From positions 5,835-69,834 of the forward strand of contig JAFGHX010000010.1 of assembly GCA_016929905.1 (NCBI GenBank): a stretch of 64,000 bases of DNA, in the 5' to 3' direction. Under the pieces are notes generated by a model. It made no database searches, was not told the DNA's origin, and was given only the letters and a program-made list of their open reading frames with translations. This DNA is from Kiritimatiellia bacterium. GTDB lineage: Bacteria > Verrucomicrobiota > Kiritimatiellia > JAFGHX01. Position 1 is the first letter of the stretch. The number at the start of each line of letters is the position of its first letter. The position numbers and the translations under genes are program-made. Below, one piece after another: positions 33,549-43,357 of the stretch.

Positions 33549-36311
33549 TCACTCAAACTGATACGCGAACTCGCCGTCCGCGACGGCCACGTGCACCCTC
33601 TCCAGCTCGTGGCCCTCCAGCAGCCGGCCGAGCATCTCGCGGCTGATCGTCGGCAACAGAGTGTGCGTGAGAATCGCGTCGACCATCCGCGCGCCGCTCT
33701 CCACCTCGGTGCAGCGGCTGGCGACGAGTTCGACCACGGCGTCGTCGTAGGTGAACGGCACGTCGTGATTCTCGCGCACGCGCCGTTCGATGCGGCCCAA
33801 CTGCAGCCGCACGATCTTGCGCACTACCTCGTCACCCAGCGGATAGAACGGCACAACCACCAGCCGCCCGAGCAGCGCGGCGGGGAAAACCTGCAACAGC
33901 GGATCCCGCAACGCCTTGGCAATGCCGTCGGGCTCCGGCATCAGCTCCGGGTCCTTGCACATGTTCATGATGAGGTCGGTGCCGGTATTGCTGGTGAGCA
34001 GGATGATCGTGTTCTTGAAGTCGATGAGCCGCCCTTCCCCGTCTTCCATCATGCCCTTGTCGAAGACCTGAAAGAAAATCTCGTGCACGTCGCGGTGCGC
34101 CTTCTCGACTTCGTCGAGCAGCACAATGCTGTACGGCCGCCGGCGCACCGCCTCGGTCAGGACGCCGCCTTCCCCGTATCCGACGTAGCCGGGCGGCGCA
34201 CCCTTCAACGTGGAAACCGTGTGCGCCTCCTGAAACTCGCTCATGTTGATCGTGATCACGTTCTGCTCGCCGCCGTAAAGGGCCTCGGCCAGGGCGAGCG
34301 CCGATTCGGTCTTGCCGACCCCGCTCGGGCCGACCAGCATGAAAACGCCGATCGGCCGTTTCGGGTTCTCGAGCCCCGCGCGCGAGGTGCGGATCCGGCT
34401 GGCAATCGCCTCCAACGCGTGCCGCTGCCCGATGACCCGATGCTCCAGCGTGTCGGCCAGGTGGAGGACGGCCTCGATCTCGTTCTTCACCATCCGCCCG
34501 ACGGGAATGCCCGTCCAGTCCGCCACCACCGCCCCGACAGCCGCCTCGTCGACGCTCGGCAGGATCAGAGGGGTCTCGCCCTGGATCTCAGCCAGCTTCG
34601 CCTGAAGGCCCTTCAGCTCTTCAAGCAACTTCTTGCGCTCTTCCTCGGAAATCTTGTCCTGCACCGGCGCCGCGGGCTGCTCGGCCTCCTTCTTCCCGGA
34701 TGCCTGCCCAGCATCCGGCGCGGCCGGCGCCGGAGCGGCCTCTTCAATGGTGCCGTCGCCGCTGCCGCGCAGCTTGCCGCGGATGTCCAGAATCTTGTCG
34801 ACCAGTTCCTTTTCCTCCTGCCAATCGGCTTCCAGTTTCTTGAGCCGCTCCCGCTCATCGACAAGCTTCTGCTCGACCTCGGCGCGCCGCTCGGCGTGGT
34901 CCGCGCCGGTCGCCTCCTCGCGCGCGATGATGCGAATCTCCGTTTCCAGATAGGAGATGCTGCGCCGGCAGCTCTCCACCTCCGGCGGCACGGCGTGCTG
35001 GCTGATCGCAACCCGGGCGCAGGCGGTGTCGAGCAGGCTGACGGCCTTGTCGGGCAACTGCCGCGCCGGGATATAACGGTGCGAGAGCTTCACGGCGGCC
35101 ACCAGCGCCTCGTCCAGCACCTGCACGCGGTGATGCTTCTCGCTGATGTTGGCCAGCGCGCGCATCATGATGATCGCCTTCTCTTCCGTCGGCTCGTCGA
35201 CCTTCACGACCTGGAAGCGCCGCGTCAACGCAGCATCCTTTTCGAAGTACTTCTTGTATTCGGCCCAGGTGGTGGCGGCGATGGTGCGTAGCGTGCCGCG
35301 CGCCAGCGCCGGCTTGAGCAGGTTCGCCGCGTCCCCCTGCCCGGCCGAGCCGCCCGCCCCGATAAGCTGGTGCGCCTCGTCAATGAAGAGGATGATCGGT
35401 TTCGGGGAGGCCTGCACCTCTTCGATGACCTGACGCAGCCGGTTCTCGAACTCGCCCTTCATGCTGGCGCCCGCCTGCAGCAGGCCGAGGTCCAGCGTGC
35501 GCACGGTCACGTTCTTCAACGGCGGCGGCACGTCGCCCGCCACGATCCGCTGGGCAAACCCCTCCACAACCGCCGTCTTCCCCACGCCCGCCTCGCCGGT
35601 CAGAATCGGGTTGTTCTGCCGGCGCCGCATCAGAATGTCCATGATCTGCCGAATCTCGTCGTCACGGCCCAGGATCGGATCCATCTCGCCCGTCGCCGCT
35701 TTCGCCGTCAGATCCACCGAGAACTGGTTCAGCGCCTCCTGCTTGCCCATTTGCGCAGGCCCCATCGCACCGCTGGCCTCGCCGGGCGACACCCCGCCCC
35801 CGACCTGAAACCCGTCCTTCGCCGCAAGCCCGTCCTCAGGCGAGCCCGCCACGATCGTCCCGTAACTCTCCGATAGTTCCTCAACCTTGACCTTGGCAAA
35901 CTCCGACGACAACGCCGGCAGCACGTTCTTCAACCCGGCCGTCTTGAGCAGCGCCACCAGAACGTACCCGCTGCGCACCTGCGTATCGCCGAATAACAGC
36001 GTCGCATACACCCACGCCCGCTCCACCCCTTCCTCCAAATGCGGCGAGAAATCCGAGATGGACGTCGCCCCGCGCGGCAGCGCATCCAGCGCCGCCGTCA
36101 GGTCGGCCGCCAGCCGCGAGGCGTCCAGGCCGAAATGCCGCACGATCTTGTGCACATCCGAGTCCTGCAGCTGCAGCAACTGGTGCAGCCAGTGCACCAG
36201 TTCCACATACGGATTCCCGCGCAGCTTGCAGAACGTCGTGGCCCCCTCCACCGACTTGTACGCCAGACTGTTCAACTTGCCAAACAACGCCGTGCGACTG
36301 ATTTCTGCCAT
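33549..36311 (-). CDS. clpV: T6SS AAA+ disaggregase ClpV (TssH)
   Basis: ATG 36311 gives MAEISRTALFGKLNSLAYKSVEGATTFCKLRGNPYVELVHW (ClpV N-domain). Two Walker A sites GEAGVGKTA and GPSGVGKTE. Confidence 0.95.
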   Translation of the reverse strand: MAEISRTALFGKLNSLAYKSVEGATTFCKLRGNPYVELVHWLHQLLQLQDSDVHKIVRHFGLDASRLAADLTAALDALPRGATSISDFSPHLEEGVERAWVYATLLFGDTQVRSGYVLVALLKTAGLKNVLPALSSEFAKVKVEELSESYGTIVAGSPEDGLAAKDGFQVGGGVSPGEASGAMGPAQMGKQEALNQFSVDLTAKAATGEMDPILGRDDEIRQIMDILMRRRQNNPILTGEAGVGKTAVVEGFAQRIVAGDVPPPLKNVTVRTLDLGLLQAGASMKGEFENRLRQVIEEVQASPKPIILFIDEAHQLIGAGGSAGQGDAANLLKPALARGTLRTIAATTWAEYKKYFEKDAALTRRFQVVKVDEPTEEKAIIMMRALANISEKHHRVQVLDEALVAAVKLSHRYIPARQLPDKAVSLLDTACARVAISQHAVPPEVESCRRSISYLETEIRIIAREEATGADHAERRAEVEQKLVDERERLKKLEADWQEEKELVDKILDIRGKLRGSGDGTIEEAAPAPAAPDAGQASGKKEAEQPAAPVQDKISEEERKKLLEELKGLQAKLAEIQGETPLILPSVDEAAVGAVVADWTGIPVGRMVKNEIEAVLHLADTLEHRVIGQRHALEAIASRIRTSRAGLENPKRPIGVFMLVGPSGVGKTESALALAEALYGGEQNVITINMSEFQEAHTVSTLKGAPPGYVGYGEGGVLTEAVRRRPYSIVLLDEVEKAHRDVHEIFFQVFDKGMMEDGEGRLIDFKNTIILLTSNTGTDLIMNMCKDPELMPEPDGIAKALRDPLLQVFPAALLGRLVVVPFYPLGDEVVRKIVRLQLGRIERRVRENHDVPFTYDDAVVELVASRCTEVESGARMVDAILTHTLLPTISREMLGRLLEGHELERVHVAVADGEFAYQFE

Positions 36312-36336
36312 GATACGGCCCCCTTGCTTTCCTAGA

Positions 36337-36455
36337 CTTGCTCGAGAACTTACTCGGGAACTTGCTCGATCCAAAACTCATTCGCCTCACCCGGGCTCGG
36401 CGGCTGAGCCCGGAATTTCGAGACAAGTTCTCGAGTAAGTTCTGGAGCAAGTTCC
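36337..36455. repeat. Inverted GAACTT-word arms around a central GC hairpin; the left arm carries the 20-mer shared with 12640-12659
   Basis: Left cttgctcgagaacttactcgggaacttgctcg. Centre ccgggctc-ggcggct-gagcccgg (36391-36413). Right ttcgagacaagttctcgagtaagttctggagcaagttcc, the approximate reverse complement of the left arm. Confidence 0.85.
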
Positions 36456-36459
36456 TCCG

Positions 36460-37470
36460 CTACCCCCTCAGCACCAGCTGATCGGCGTCCTCATCAAACG
36501 CCCGGCTCTTCAGCCACGTCGACCACCCGAGCCGGCCCGCCCCGCCGAGTTGGACGACCGGCACTTCGGACGCGGCAAGCACGAGCTGCAACTCCCAGCG
36601 TAGGACGTCGCCGGCATAGTTGCGGACCCAGTCGCGCAGCCGCTTGAAACTCGCGCCGCCCGGCAACATGCGCTCGTAGCTGCACAGGTCCATGGGGCCG
36701 AGCCGGATCCGGAACGTCTGTTGACAATCCCAGACGCGCGAGCCGACAACGGCGCTGGCGCCGAGCCGCCCGGTCCCCGGATCCGCGCCGAGCCGGCAGC
36801 GGCAGTCCTCGGGCAGGCCCATCCAGCGCCCAACGAACTGCTCGATCTCGGCGCGCAGGCCGAAGTAGTCCTGCAACAGGGCGCACAAGCCCGCGGCATG
36901 GCGCGTCTGGCAGACGAGCGGGCCGGCGTAGTGCAGCTTCGCCAGGTACGGGACCTCGTCGCGGTCGCGAAAGGAAGGCATCCCCATCCCGAACAGGCTG
37001 GCTATGTAGACGGCGAACCGGTCCCGGTCCGCCATTTCGTGGCTGACGGTCTGGTTGTTGTCGGCCCAGCCCCGGTAGAACAGGGAGATCAGCCGGTGGT
37101 TGAACACGTCGAAGAACCGGGCCGTGGCGCGGTCGTTGTGGTGGTACATCCGCTCGGCCACGTACTCGGTCAGATGCAGCGGCAGCGGGCCGTTCGGGCC
37201 GAGCAGCCCGAAGAAGTTCACGAGCACGCGCGGCGCCCTGGCCCCGGAGCGCTGCTCGACGCCGTGAATGGTCGACGGCGCGAACCGCAACGCCGGCTCC
37301 TGGCCGAAACGCACGGCCTCGTCGCCGGGCCGCAGCGCGCGGCCGACCCGCCCCGTGGCGGGCCGGCGGCTCTCGATAGCCCGCACCGCCTGGAAGAAGT
37401 CGAACGCGGCCGGGTTCTTCCGCAGCGCCTCGACTACAACAGGTGCCTCTGACCGAGTCTCGGCTGCCAT
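36460..37470 (-). CDS. tssG: T6SS baseplate subunit TssG
   Basis: ATG 37470 gives MAAETRSEAPVVVEALRKNPAAFDFFQAVRAIE, the typical TssG N-terminus. Overlaps the tssF end by 37 nt. The track ORF extends to 37986. Confidence 0.9.
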   Translation of the reverse strand: MAAETRSEAPVVVEALRKNPAAFDFFQAVRAIESRRPATGRVGRALRPGDEAVRFGQEPALRFAPSTIHGVEQRSGARAPRVLVNFFGLLGPNGPLPLHLTEYVAERMYHHNDRATARFFDVFNHRLISLFYRGWADNNQTVSHEMADRDRFAVYIASLFGMGMPSFRDRDEVPYLAKLHYAGPLVCQTRHAAGLCALLQDYFGLRAEIEQFVGRWMGLPEDCRCRLGADPGTGRLGASAVVGSRVWDCQQTFRIRLGPMDLCSYERMLPGGASFKRLRDWVRNYAGDVLRWELQLVLAASEVPVVQLGGAGRLGWSTWLKSRAFDEDADQLVLRG

Positions 37471-39308
37471 CGCATGATCTCTCCGCGGTCCTTCGTGCGC
37501 ACGATCGTCTCGGCGAACGAATTGACCGATACGTACTTGCTGAAGAAGCATTCCAGCACGGCACCGAGCAGAAACACGCCCGTCCCCTCGAACGCCTCCT
37601 CGTCGAACGTCAGCGTGATTTCCAGGCCGCGCACGAACGCAATCGGCCCACTGGTGAAAATGCGGCGCGTCACCGGCCGGCTCGCGACGGACTGCAGGCC
37701 CTCGACCTGGCGCCGGATCTCGGGATCGCTCGCGTCGCCGTAGAGCTTCAACAGATCGCGCAGCGCCGAGGCGCCCTCGGCGCCCGCGCCGTCGACCAGC
37801 GACAGGTAGTTGAGCGACAAATGGCTGATCGCCCGCCACGAAACCTCGCCCTCGGCAAAGGAATGGCGCGGCCCGGTCGGGCCCGCCACGCAGCGAATCG
37901 CGGTAACGGGCAGGCTCGCGTCCGTGGTGAAATCGGTCTCGCCGCGCCCGGTCGGCATCAGCAGCGGCAGATCCCGGTTCGTACACAGCGCGCTGACCCC
38001 GAGCTGCCGCAGATCGGACCGGTACGGCGCGGCCTTCGCGTCGACCAGCGAGATGTACACCTCGCTGCCCTCATAACTGGTGCGGGTCCCGCGCTGCTTC
38101 TCCCGGCTCGACAGCATTCTGGGCACGCGGTGGACCGCGTAGTACGCGCCGCCTCCTTCGCCCGTGTCGAAATCGCTGGACGCGTAGAACGGATGGAACG
38201 GCTGCTCGTCGCCCGCCTGCACGCCGTGCCCCGTCACCTCCTCGATGCGGTACACCTCGAAGTCCATCGGGCGCGTGCGGTCCGGCACCACATGGAATTC
38301 GGAGAACCGATCCGAAAGGTGGATCCGGTCCAGCCGCTTCGGGAACAGGTTCACGATCGGCACGCAGAACAGTCCGAAATTGGACGCGTCCACCCGGTTC
38401 TCCAGTTCGACATCCGGCTCGTCGAACAGAAGAATCACGTCCAGCCGGTTCCCCTCGCAGCGCGCCACGCTCGCGGCCAGGCCGTTGAGCTCAAAGAAGA
38501 GGTAGCGGGGCGGAAAAGCAAAGTACTCCTGCAGAATGCGATACCCCTGAAACGAGCGTGCGCCGCAAGGCAGCAAGGCCTGCTCGTCCGCGAAGCCAAC
38601 GCGCCGGATCGAGCGGTCCGCCGGCAGCACGTTGCGCCAGGCGATCGGTTTGTCCGGCGGCTGGAGCAGCACGTGCCGCGCGTGCGCGAACACCTGTTCG
38701 TACAGGCGCATGGGCAGTTCGCCGGCCCCGCGCAGAAAGACAGCAAGCCGGTCCGTCTTCATCGCCGAAAACTTCAGCCCGGCGCCCGCCTCCAGCCGGA
38801 TGCGGAGCCCCGCCTTGCCCGACACGCCGTCCGGCAGCTCGAGCGCGATCAGCTCCCGGGTGTAGTAGTCGACCTGGCCGATGCTCAGCGGCCAGAGCGT
38901 GACCGGGTGCCCGGTCCGGTACTCGCAAGCCGTGCGGTCGCCCTTGCCGATGATCGAGCGCAGCGTCTCGCCGCGCGCGATCTCGATGCCTTCGGCAAGG
39001 CCGGCGTCGGTGGTATCCGGCGCGAACTGCACAACGGCCATGGATGGGGTGGGCGCCAGGTAGTGAGGATACACCGTTTCGAGAATGGACTGGGTGAAGC
39101 GCGGGAATTCGGAATCATACTTCAGTTGCACACGCGCGGCCAGAAACGCGAACCCCTCCAGAAGCCGCTCCACGTACGGGTCCGCGCAGGCGAATTCGTC
39201 CAGCGCGAGCCGGCCGGCGATCTTCGGGAACTCCCGGGCGAATTCGCCCGCAGTAGCCCGCAAATGTTGGAGTTCCCGGTCATAGTATCTCAGCAGCCGC
39301 CTATCCAT
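37434..39308 (-). CDS. tssF: T6SS baseplate subunit TssF
   Basis: MDRRLLRYYDRELQHLRATAGEFAREFPKIAGRL; 624 aa; in the canonical position. Confidence 0.95.
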   Translation of the reverse strand: MDRRLLRYYDRELQHLRATAGEFAREFPKIAGRLALDEFACADPYVERLLEGFAFLAARVQLKYDSEFPRFTQSILETVYPHYLAPTPSMAVVQFAPDTTDAGLAEGIEIARGETLRSIIGKGDRTACEYRTGHPVTLWPLSIGQVDYYTRELIALELPDGVSGKAGLRIRLEAGAGLKFSAMKTDRLAVFLRGAGELPMRLYEQVFAHARHVLLQPPDKPIAWRNVLPADRSIRRVGFADEQALLPCGARSFQGYRILQEYFAFPPRYLFFELNGLAASVARCEGNRLDVILLFDEPDVELENRVDASNFGLFCVPIVNLFPKRLDRIHLSDRFSEFHVVPDRTRPMDFEVYRIEEVTGHGVQAGDEQPFHPFYASSDFDTGEGGGAYYAVHRVPRMLSSREKQRGTRTSYEGSEVYISLVDAKAAPYRSDLRQLGVSALCTNRDLPLLMPTGRGETDFTTDASLPVTAIRCVAGPTGPRHSFAEGEVSWRAISHLSLNYLSLVDGAGAEGASALRDLLKLYGDASDPEIRRQVEGLQSVASRPVTRRIFTSGPIAFVRGLEITLTFDEEAFEGTGVFLLGAVLECFFSKYVSVNSFAETIVRTKDRGEIMRWQPRLGQRHLL

Positions 39309-39807
39309 GTCCGCCGCTTTCCAGTTCGCATTCGCCAGTTTCCAGATCGAATTCGGTCTTGATGAACAACGCTTCCGGCGCAGGCTGCGCCCAGAGCTGG
39401 CCGCGAATCTCGAAGGTGACCGCCGTCCGGTCCAACCTGCCCGGGTCCGAGGTCGACGTGAACGAGAGCGAATTCCGCATGACGCGCGGCTCGAACAGAC
39501 GAATGGCCTGCAGCAGCTTCTGCTCCATCTCCTGTGCGGTCAGCCCGGAAATCGACATGCCGCACACATCCCGCACGCCGAAGTTCAGCACCGACTTCTC
39601 AACCTCGGGAAACTCGGCGAACCCCTCGTCAGCCGTGTGGGCGGGCGTGTTTAGAAGCCAGGCCAGATCGCGCAGCACCGCATCCCGGTACCGACGCAGC
39701 GAAATCACGCGCCGATCCCGGCTCTCCTCCCTGTTGCCAGGCTCGTCGTCGGCCAGCCTGTCCAACAAACAGGGCTGCAGCCGTTCCCTTGGCGCCAGTT
39801 CAGCCAT
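39301..39807 (-). CDS. tssE: T6SS baseplate subunit TssE (gp25-like)
   Basis: LQPCLLDRLADDEP...LRRYRDAVLRDLAWLLNT; 168 aa; overlaps neighbours by 8 nt on each side. Confidence 0.9.
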   Translation of the reverse strand: MAELAPRERLQPCLLDRLADDEPGNREESRDRRVISLRRYRDAVLRDLAWLLNTPAHTADEGFAEFPEVEKSVLNFGVRDVCGMSISGLTAQEMEQKLLQAIRLFEPRVMRNSLSFTSTSDPGRLDRTAVTFEIRGQLWAQPAPEALFIKTEFDLETGECELESGGHG

Positions 39808-40627
39808 TGTCCGTACCGGCCCCCTCCTGCTGCGGTTCGGATTGGTCCAGCGCGATCTGCCGCACTTCCAGCAACGGGTACTCCTTCTGGTCCGTCGCCA
39901 GCATGCGCTGGCCTTCGCCCAGAAAATAGCCGCTGCCCGCGTCGTCCCACGTCGTCTTCCGCGCCAGCTTCACCTGGTTGTCCGCGCTGCGCTCCGAGCC
40001 GGGATAGCGGCCCGGGATCAACCCCACCGTCTCGCCGCCGTTGGCCCACGTGAACTGCGCAGGCATCCACACCACATCGCGCAGATCCGCCGGCTCTTCG
40101 AGGACAATACGCCGAATGTGCTGGAACGGAACCCAGTAGTAGCGCCCCTCGATCACCGCCTCCAGGATCGGGCCAAGCCGCGCATCGGCGTCGGCAATCC
40201 ACTCGAACGGCTCGCCGTTCACCGTGCCGGCTAACGCCGGCGCCGCCTCGAACGCCCTGTCCCGCAGTTCGCCCGCGGCCTCGTGCTTGCCCTGCGCCAG
40301 CAGCGCCAGCGCCTGGCTCACCAGCGCCGCCCATTCGCCCGGTTCGCCGAAAAACATAGGGGAGCGTTTCCCGGCGAAAATTTCGGCACGCAGCGCCTCG
40401 CAGCTCAGGGCCGGACGGCAGACGTGCGCCATGAGCTTGCTCTCCATGTCCATGTCGGCCGCCACGTTCAGTTGCGTCAGCGCCCGCTTCCATTCGCCCA
40501 GCACGCTGAGCAGTTGGAACAGGAAGACCCGCAGGTCGGCCCGGGCCGGATCCTTCCGCACCGCCGCCTGCAGTTGCTCCAGCGCTCCGGTCAGGTCGCC
40601 GCTGCGTACCAGTTCCTCTGCCTGCAT
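39800..40627 (-). CDS. tagJ: T6SS accessory protein TagJ (ImpE family)
   Basis: N-terminal TPR-like MQAEELVRSGDLTGALEQLQAAVRKDPARADLRVFLFQLL plus the ImpE-type C-terminus. Located between hcp and tssE, as in the P. aeruginosa H1-T6SS. Confidence 0.85.
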   Translation of the reverse strand: MQAEELVRSGDLTGALEQLQAAVRKDPARADLRVFLFQLLSVLGEWKRALTQLNVAADMDMESKLMAHVCRPALSCEALRAEIFAGKRSPMFFGEPGEWAALVSQALALLAQGKHEAAGELRDRAFEAAPALAGTVNGEPFEWIADADARLGPILEAVIEGRYYWVPFQHIRRIVLEEPADLRDVVWMPAQFTWANGGETVGLIPGRYPGSERSADNQVKLARKTTWDDAGSGYFLGEGQRMLATDQKEYPLLEVRQIALDQSEPQQEGAGTDNG

Positions 40628-40664
40628 GCTGCGTCCCCCTTCTGCCGCGGGAAATCATCCCGCC

Positions 40665-40701
40665 AAAAAAAAAGGCGGACGGGCCGTGCGGCCCGTCCGC
40701 C
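40665..40701 (-). terminator. Rho-independent terminator/attenuator downstream of hcp
   Basis: The minus strand reads GGCGGACGGGCC-GCAC-GGCCCGTCCGCC (perfect 12-bp stem) followed by TTTTTTTTT, 10 nt after the hcp stop. Confidence 0.8.
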
Positions 40702-40710
40702 CCGTTATCG

Positions 40711-41208
40711 TCAACCACCCTTGTTCGCCGTCAGGTCCCAATGGGTGGCAACGTCGCCTTTCGGCTTGCCCGTCTTATGATCGGTCTCCGTGTACGTCCA
40801 CTCGATCTTGCCGTAGTTGAACGACACTTCCTCCAGCGGCAGCGCTTCCTCGCCGCCGGCCGATCCGCCAGGCCGGACGCCACTGACAATGACGTCGCTC
40901 ATCTTGTACTCCATGTACTTCTGCTTGTCGCCGCTGGCACGGCAAAGCGTCAGCACCACTTCCTTCACGTGGGTGCCGTTGCAGCAGAAAAGAGCCAGCT
41001 TGGGCGACGCCTTGTCGAGCGTCTTCACGACCGAGAAGTCCTGGTGATCGCAACGCTCGGCGCTGCGGCCGCCGCCCGAACTCGTCGAACCCGAGGCGGG
41101 TTGGCTCACGCCATGGCTGTAGGACAGGACTTCGATCCAGTCCTTGTGCTTGTCATCCGTGCTCTCGCCCGGGACTTGGTCGATCTTCAGAAAACAGTCA
41201 AACGCCAT
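40711..41208 (-). CDS. hcp: T6SS inner tube protein Hcp (TssD)
   Basis: ATG 41208 gives MAFDCFLKIDQVPGESTDDKHKDWIEVLSYSHGVSQP. RBS AGGGAGGA. 165 aa. Confidence 0.95.
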   Translation of the reverse strand: MAFDCFLKIDQVPGESTDDKHKDWIEVLSYSHGVSQPASGSTSSGGGRSAERCDHQDFSVVKTLDKASPKLALFCCNGTHVKEVVLTLCRASGDKQKYMEYKMSDVIVSGVRPGGSAGGEEALPLEEVSFNYGKIEWTYTETDHKTGKPKGDVATHWDLTANKGG

Positions 41209-41328
41209 ACTCGTCCTCCCTTCTTCAGCTGGTTGACGCCTCACTCACACACGACACGGCTGCCTGCGCCGGGCACCTCGCGGTAAACCCGTACGCCGAG
41301 CCGCCCCACTTACGGAAAGCCATCGATC

Positions 41329-42825
41329 CTACGCACCTCCTTTAGCCGACGGCAGCTTCGATACCAATCGCAGCGAAACGGTCAGCCCCTCCAACTGGTA
41401 ATGCGGGCGCAGGAAGAACTTGGCGCTGTAGTAGCCCGGGTTGCTCGCGTTCTCCTCCACCTGCACTTCGGCCGCAGCGAGCGGGTAGCGCGCCTTGGTC
41501 TCCTCCGACGCGTTCGGGTCGGAGGTCACGTACTGCGTGATCCACTTGTTCAACCAGGTCTCCACGTCCACGCGCTCCTTGAACGAGCCGATCTTGTCGC
41601 GCACGATGCATTTCAGATAGTGCGCGAAGCGGCAGGTCGCGAACAGGTAGGGCAGCCTGGCGCCCAGATTCGCGTTCGCGGTGGCGTCCGGGTCGTCGTA
41701 TTCCGCCGGCTGGTGCAGCGACTGCGCGCCGACGAACACGGCATAGTCCGTGTTCTTCCAGTGCGAGAGCGGCATCAGCCCGTTCTTCGCCAGTTCCGCC
41801 TCGCGCCGGTCCGTGATCGCGATCTCGGTCGGGCACTTCATGTCCACGCCGCCGTCGTCGGTCGGGAACGTGTGGCACGGCAGCCCTTCCACCATGCCGC
41901 CGCTCTCCACGCCGCGGATGCGGGAGCACCACCCGAACAGCTTGAACGCGCGGTTGATGTTCACCGCCATCGCAAAGGCCGCATTGCTCCAGCAGTACTT
42001 CGTGTGTTCCGCGCTCTCGGTGTCCTCCTCGAAATCGAACTCCTCCACCGGTTCCGTCTTCGCCCCGTACGGCAGCCGGGCCAGGAACCGCGGCATCGCC
42101 AGGCCGACGTACTTGGCGTCGTCCGCTTGCCGCAGCGAGCGCCACGGCGCGTATTCCGCCGTCTGGAAAATCTTGGTCAGGTCGCGCGGCGCGCCGAGCT
42201 CCTGCCAGGTCTCCATGTTCATCAGCGTCGGGCTCGCCGCGGCGATGAACGGCGCGTGCGCCGCCGCCGCGATCTGCGACATGCCCGACAGGATCTCAAC
42301 GTCCGGCGGGCCATGATCGAATTCGTAGTCGCCGATCAGGCACCCGTACGGCTCGCCGCCCGGCGTGCCGTACTCGTCCTCGTACAGCTTCTTGAACAGC
42401 GGGCTCTGGTCCCAGGCCGTGCCCTTGAACTTCTTCAGCGTCTTGCTCACGTCCTTCTTCGAAATGTTGAACACCCGGATCTTGAGCGTTTCGTCCGTCT
42501 CCGTGTTGTTGATCAGGTGGTGCAGCCCGCGCCACGTACCCTCCAGTTGCTGGAAGTCGGCGTGGTGCAGAATCAGGTTCACCTGTTCGGTGAGCTTCTT
42601 GTCGAGCTCCGCGATCATCGCCTCGATCGACTTCACCGAATCGTCCGAGATCAGCGTCGTCTCCGACAGAGCCTGGGCCGCCAGCGTCTTGACCGCGTTC
42701 TCAACCGCCTCCCGCGCCTTGCTCGTCTTGGGCTTGAACTCTTTCTTGAGGAGCGACTCGAACTCGCTCTTCTCCATCGTTTCGGCCGCAGCGGCCTGCT
42801 GGGCCTTTGCTTCCTCATTAGCCAT
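41329..42825 (-). CDS. tssC: T6SS contractile sheath large subunit TssC
   Basis: 498 aa with TWRGLHHLINNTETDETLKIRV, ARLPYG and LPYLFATCRFAHYLKCIVRDKIGSF. Confidence 0.97.
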   Translation of the reverse strand: MANEEAKAQQAAAAETMEKSEFESLLKKEFKPKTSKAREAVENAVKTLAAQALSETTLISDDSVKSIEAMIAELDKKLTEQVNLILHHADFQQLEGTWRGLHHLINNTETDETLKIRVFNISKKDVSKTLKKFKGTAWDQSPLFKKLYEDEYGTPGGEPYGCLIGDYEFDHGPPDVEILSGMSQIAAAAHAPFIAAASPTLMNMETWQELGAPRDLTKIFQTAEYAPWRSLRQADDAKYVGLAMPRFLARLPYGAKTEPVEEFDFEEDTESAEHTKYCWSNAAFAMAVNINRAFKLFGWCSRIRGVESGGMVEGLPCHTFPTDDGGVDMKCPTEIAITDRREAELAKNGLMPLSHWKNTDYAVFVGAQSLHQPAEYDDPDATANANLGARLPYLFATCRFAHYLKCIVRDKIGSFKERVDVETWLNKWITQYVTSDPNASEETKARYPLAAAEVQVEENASNPGYYSAKFFLRPHYQLEGLTVSLRLVSKLPSAKGGA

Positions 42826-42829
42826 GCGA

Positions 42830-43357
42830 TCAGCCCTCCTCTTTCTTCTCGGCTGCTTCGGCGGGCTTCGGAGCAGACGACAGGGCGCTCAACAACGCCG
42901 GGTCGTTCAGCATCTTGGCAATAAGCTGCTCCGCCCCGCTCTTTCCGTCCATGTATGTCAGCAGATTCGACAGCTGCGTCCGCGCCGTCAGCAGCTTGTT
43001 CAACGCATCCACCTTCTTCGCGACAGCGGCCGGAGAGAAGTCCTCCATGCTCTCAAAGGTGATATCCACACTCAGATTGCCCTCGCCCGTCAGCGTGTTC
43101 GGCACCTGGAAGGCCACGCGCGGTTTCATGGACTTCATGCGGTCGTCGAAGTTGTCGACGTCGATCTCCAGAAATTTGCGGTCCGCCACCGGCGCCAGCG
43201 CTTCCTCCGGCTTGCCGGACAGGTCCGCCATCACCCCCATCACAAAGGGAAGATTGATCTTCTTCTCCGCGCCGTACAACTCCAGGTCGTATTCGATCTG
43301 GACGCGGGGCGCCCGGTTGCGGGCGATGAACTTCTGACTGCTTTGCTTCTTGGCCAT
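42830..43357 (-). CDS. tssB: T6SS contractile sheath small subunit TssB
   Basis: KFIARNRAPRVQIEYDLELYGAEKKINLPFVMGVMADLSG; 175 aa. Confidence 0.95.
   Translation of the reverse strand: MAKKQSSQKFIARNRAPRVQIEYDLELYGAEKKINLPFVMGVMADLSGKPEEALAPVADRKFLEIDVDNFDDRMKSMKPRVAFQVPNTLTGEGNLSVDITFESMEDFSPAAVAKKVDALNKLLTARTQLSNLLTYMDGKSGAEQLIAKMLNDPALLSALSSAPKPAEAAEKKEEG

Noticed and set aside
37471-37986. N-terminal 172-aa extension of the TssG ORF in the track (508 aa). Likewise 62685-63221 for TagF and 25927-26061 for the PAAR-like protein.
   Set aside because: The extensions overlap the upstream gene in another frame or translate repeat arrays. Internal ATGs give N-termini matching the family patterns (MAAETRSE..FDFFQAVR, MRRILSQ..FGKHPGW, MFPASTKGG..PDVC).
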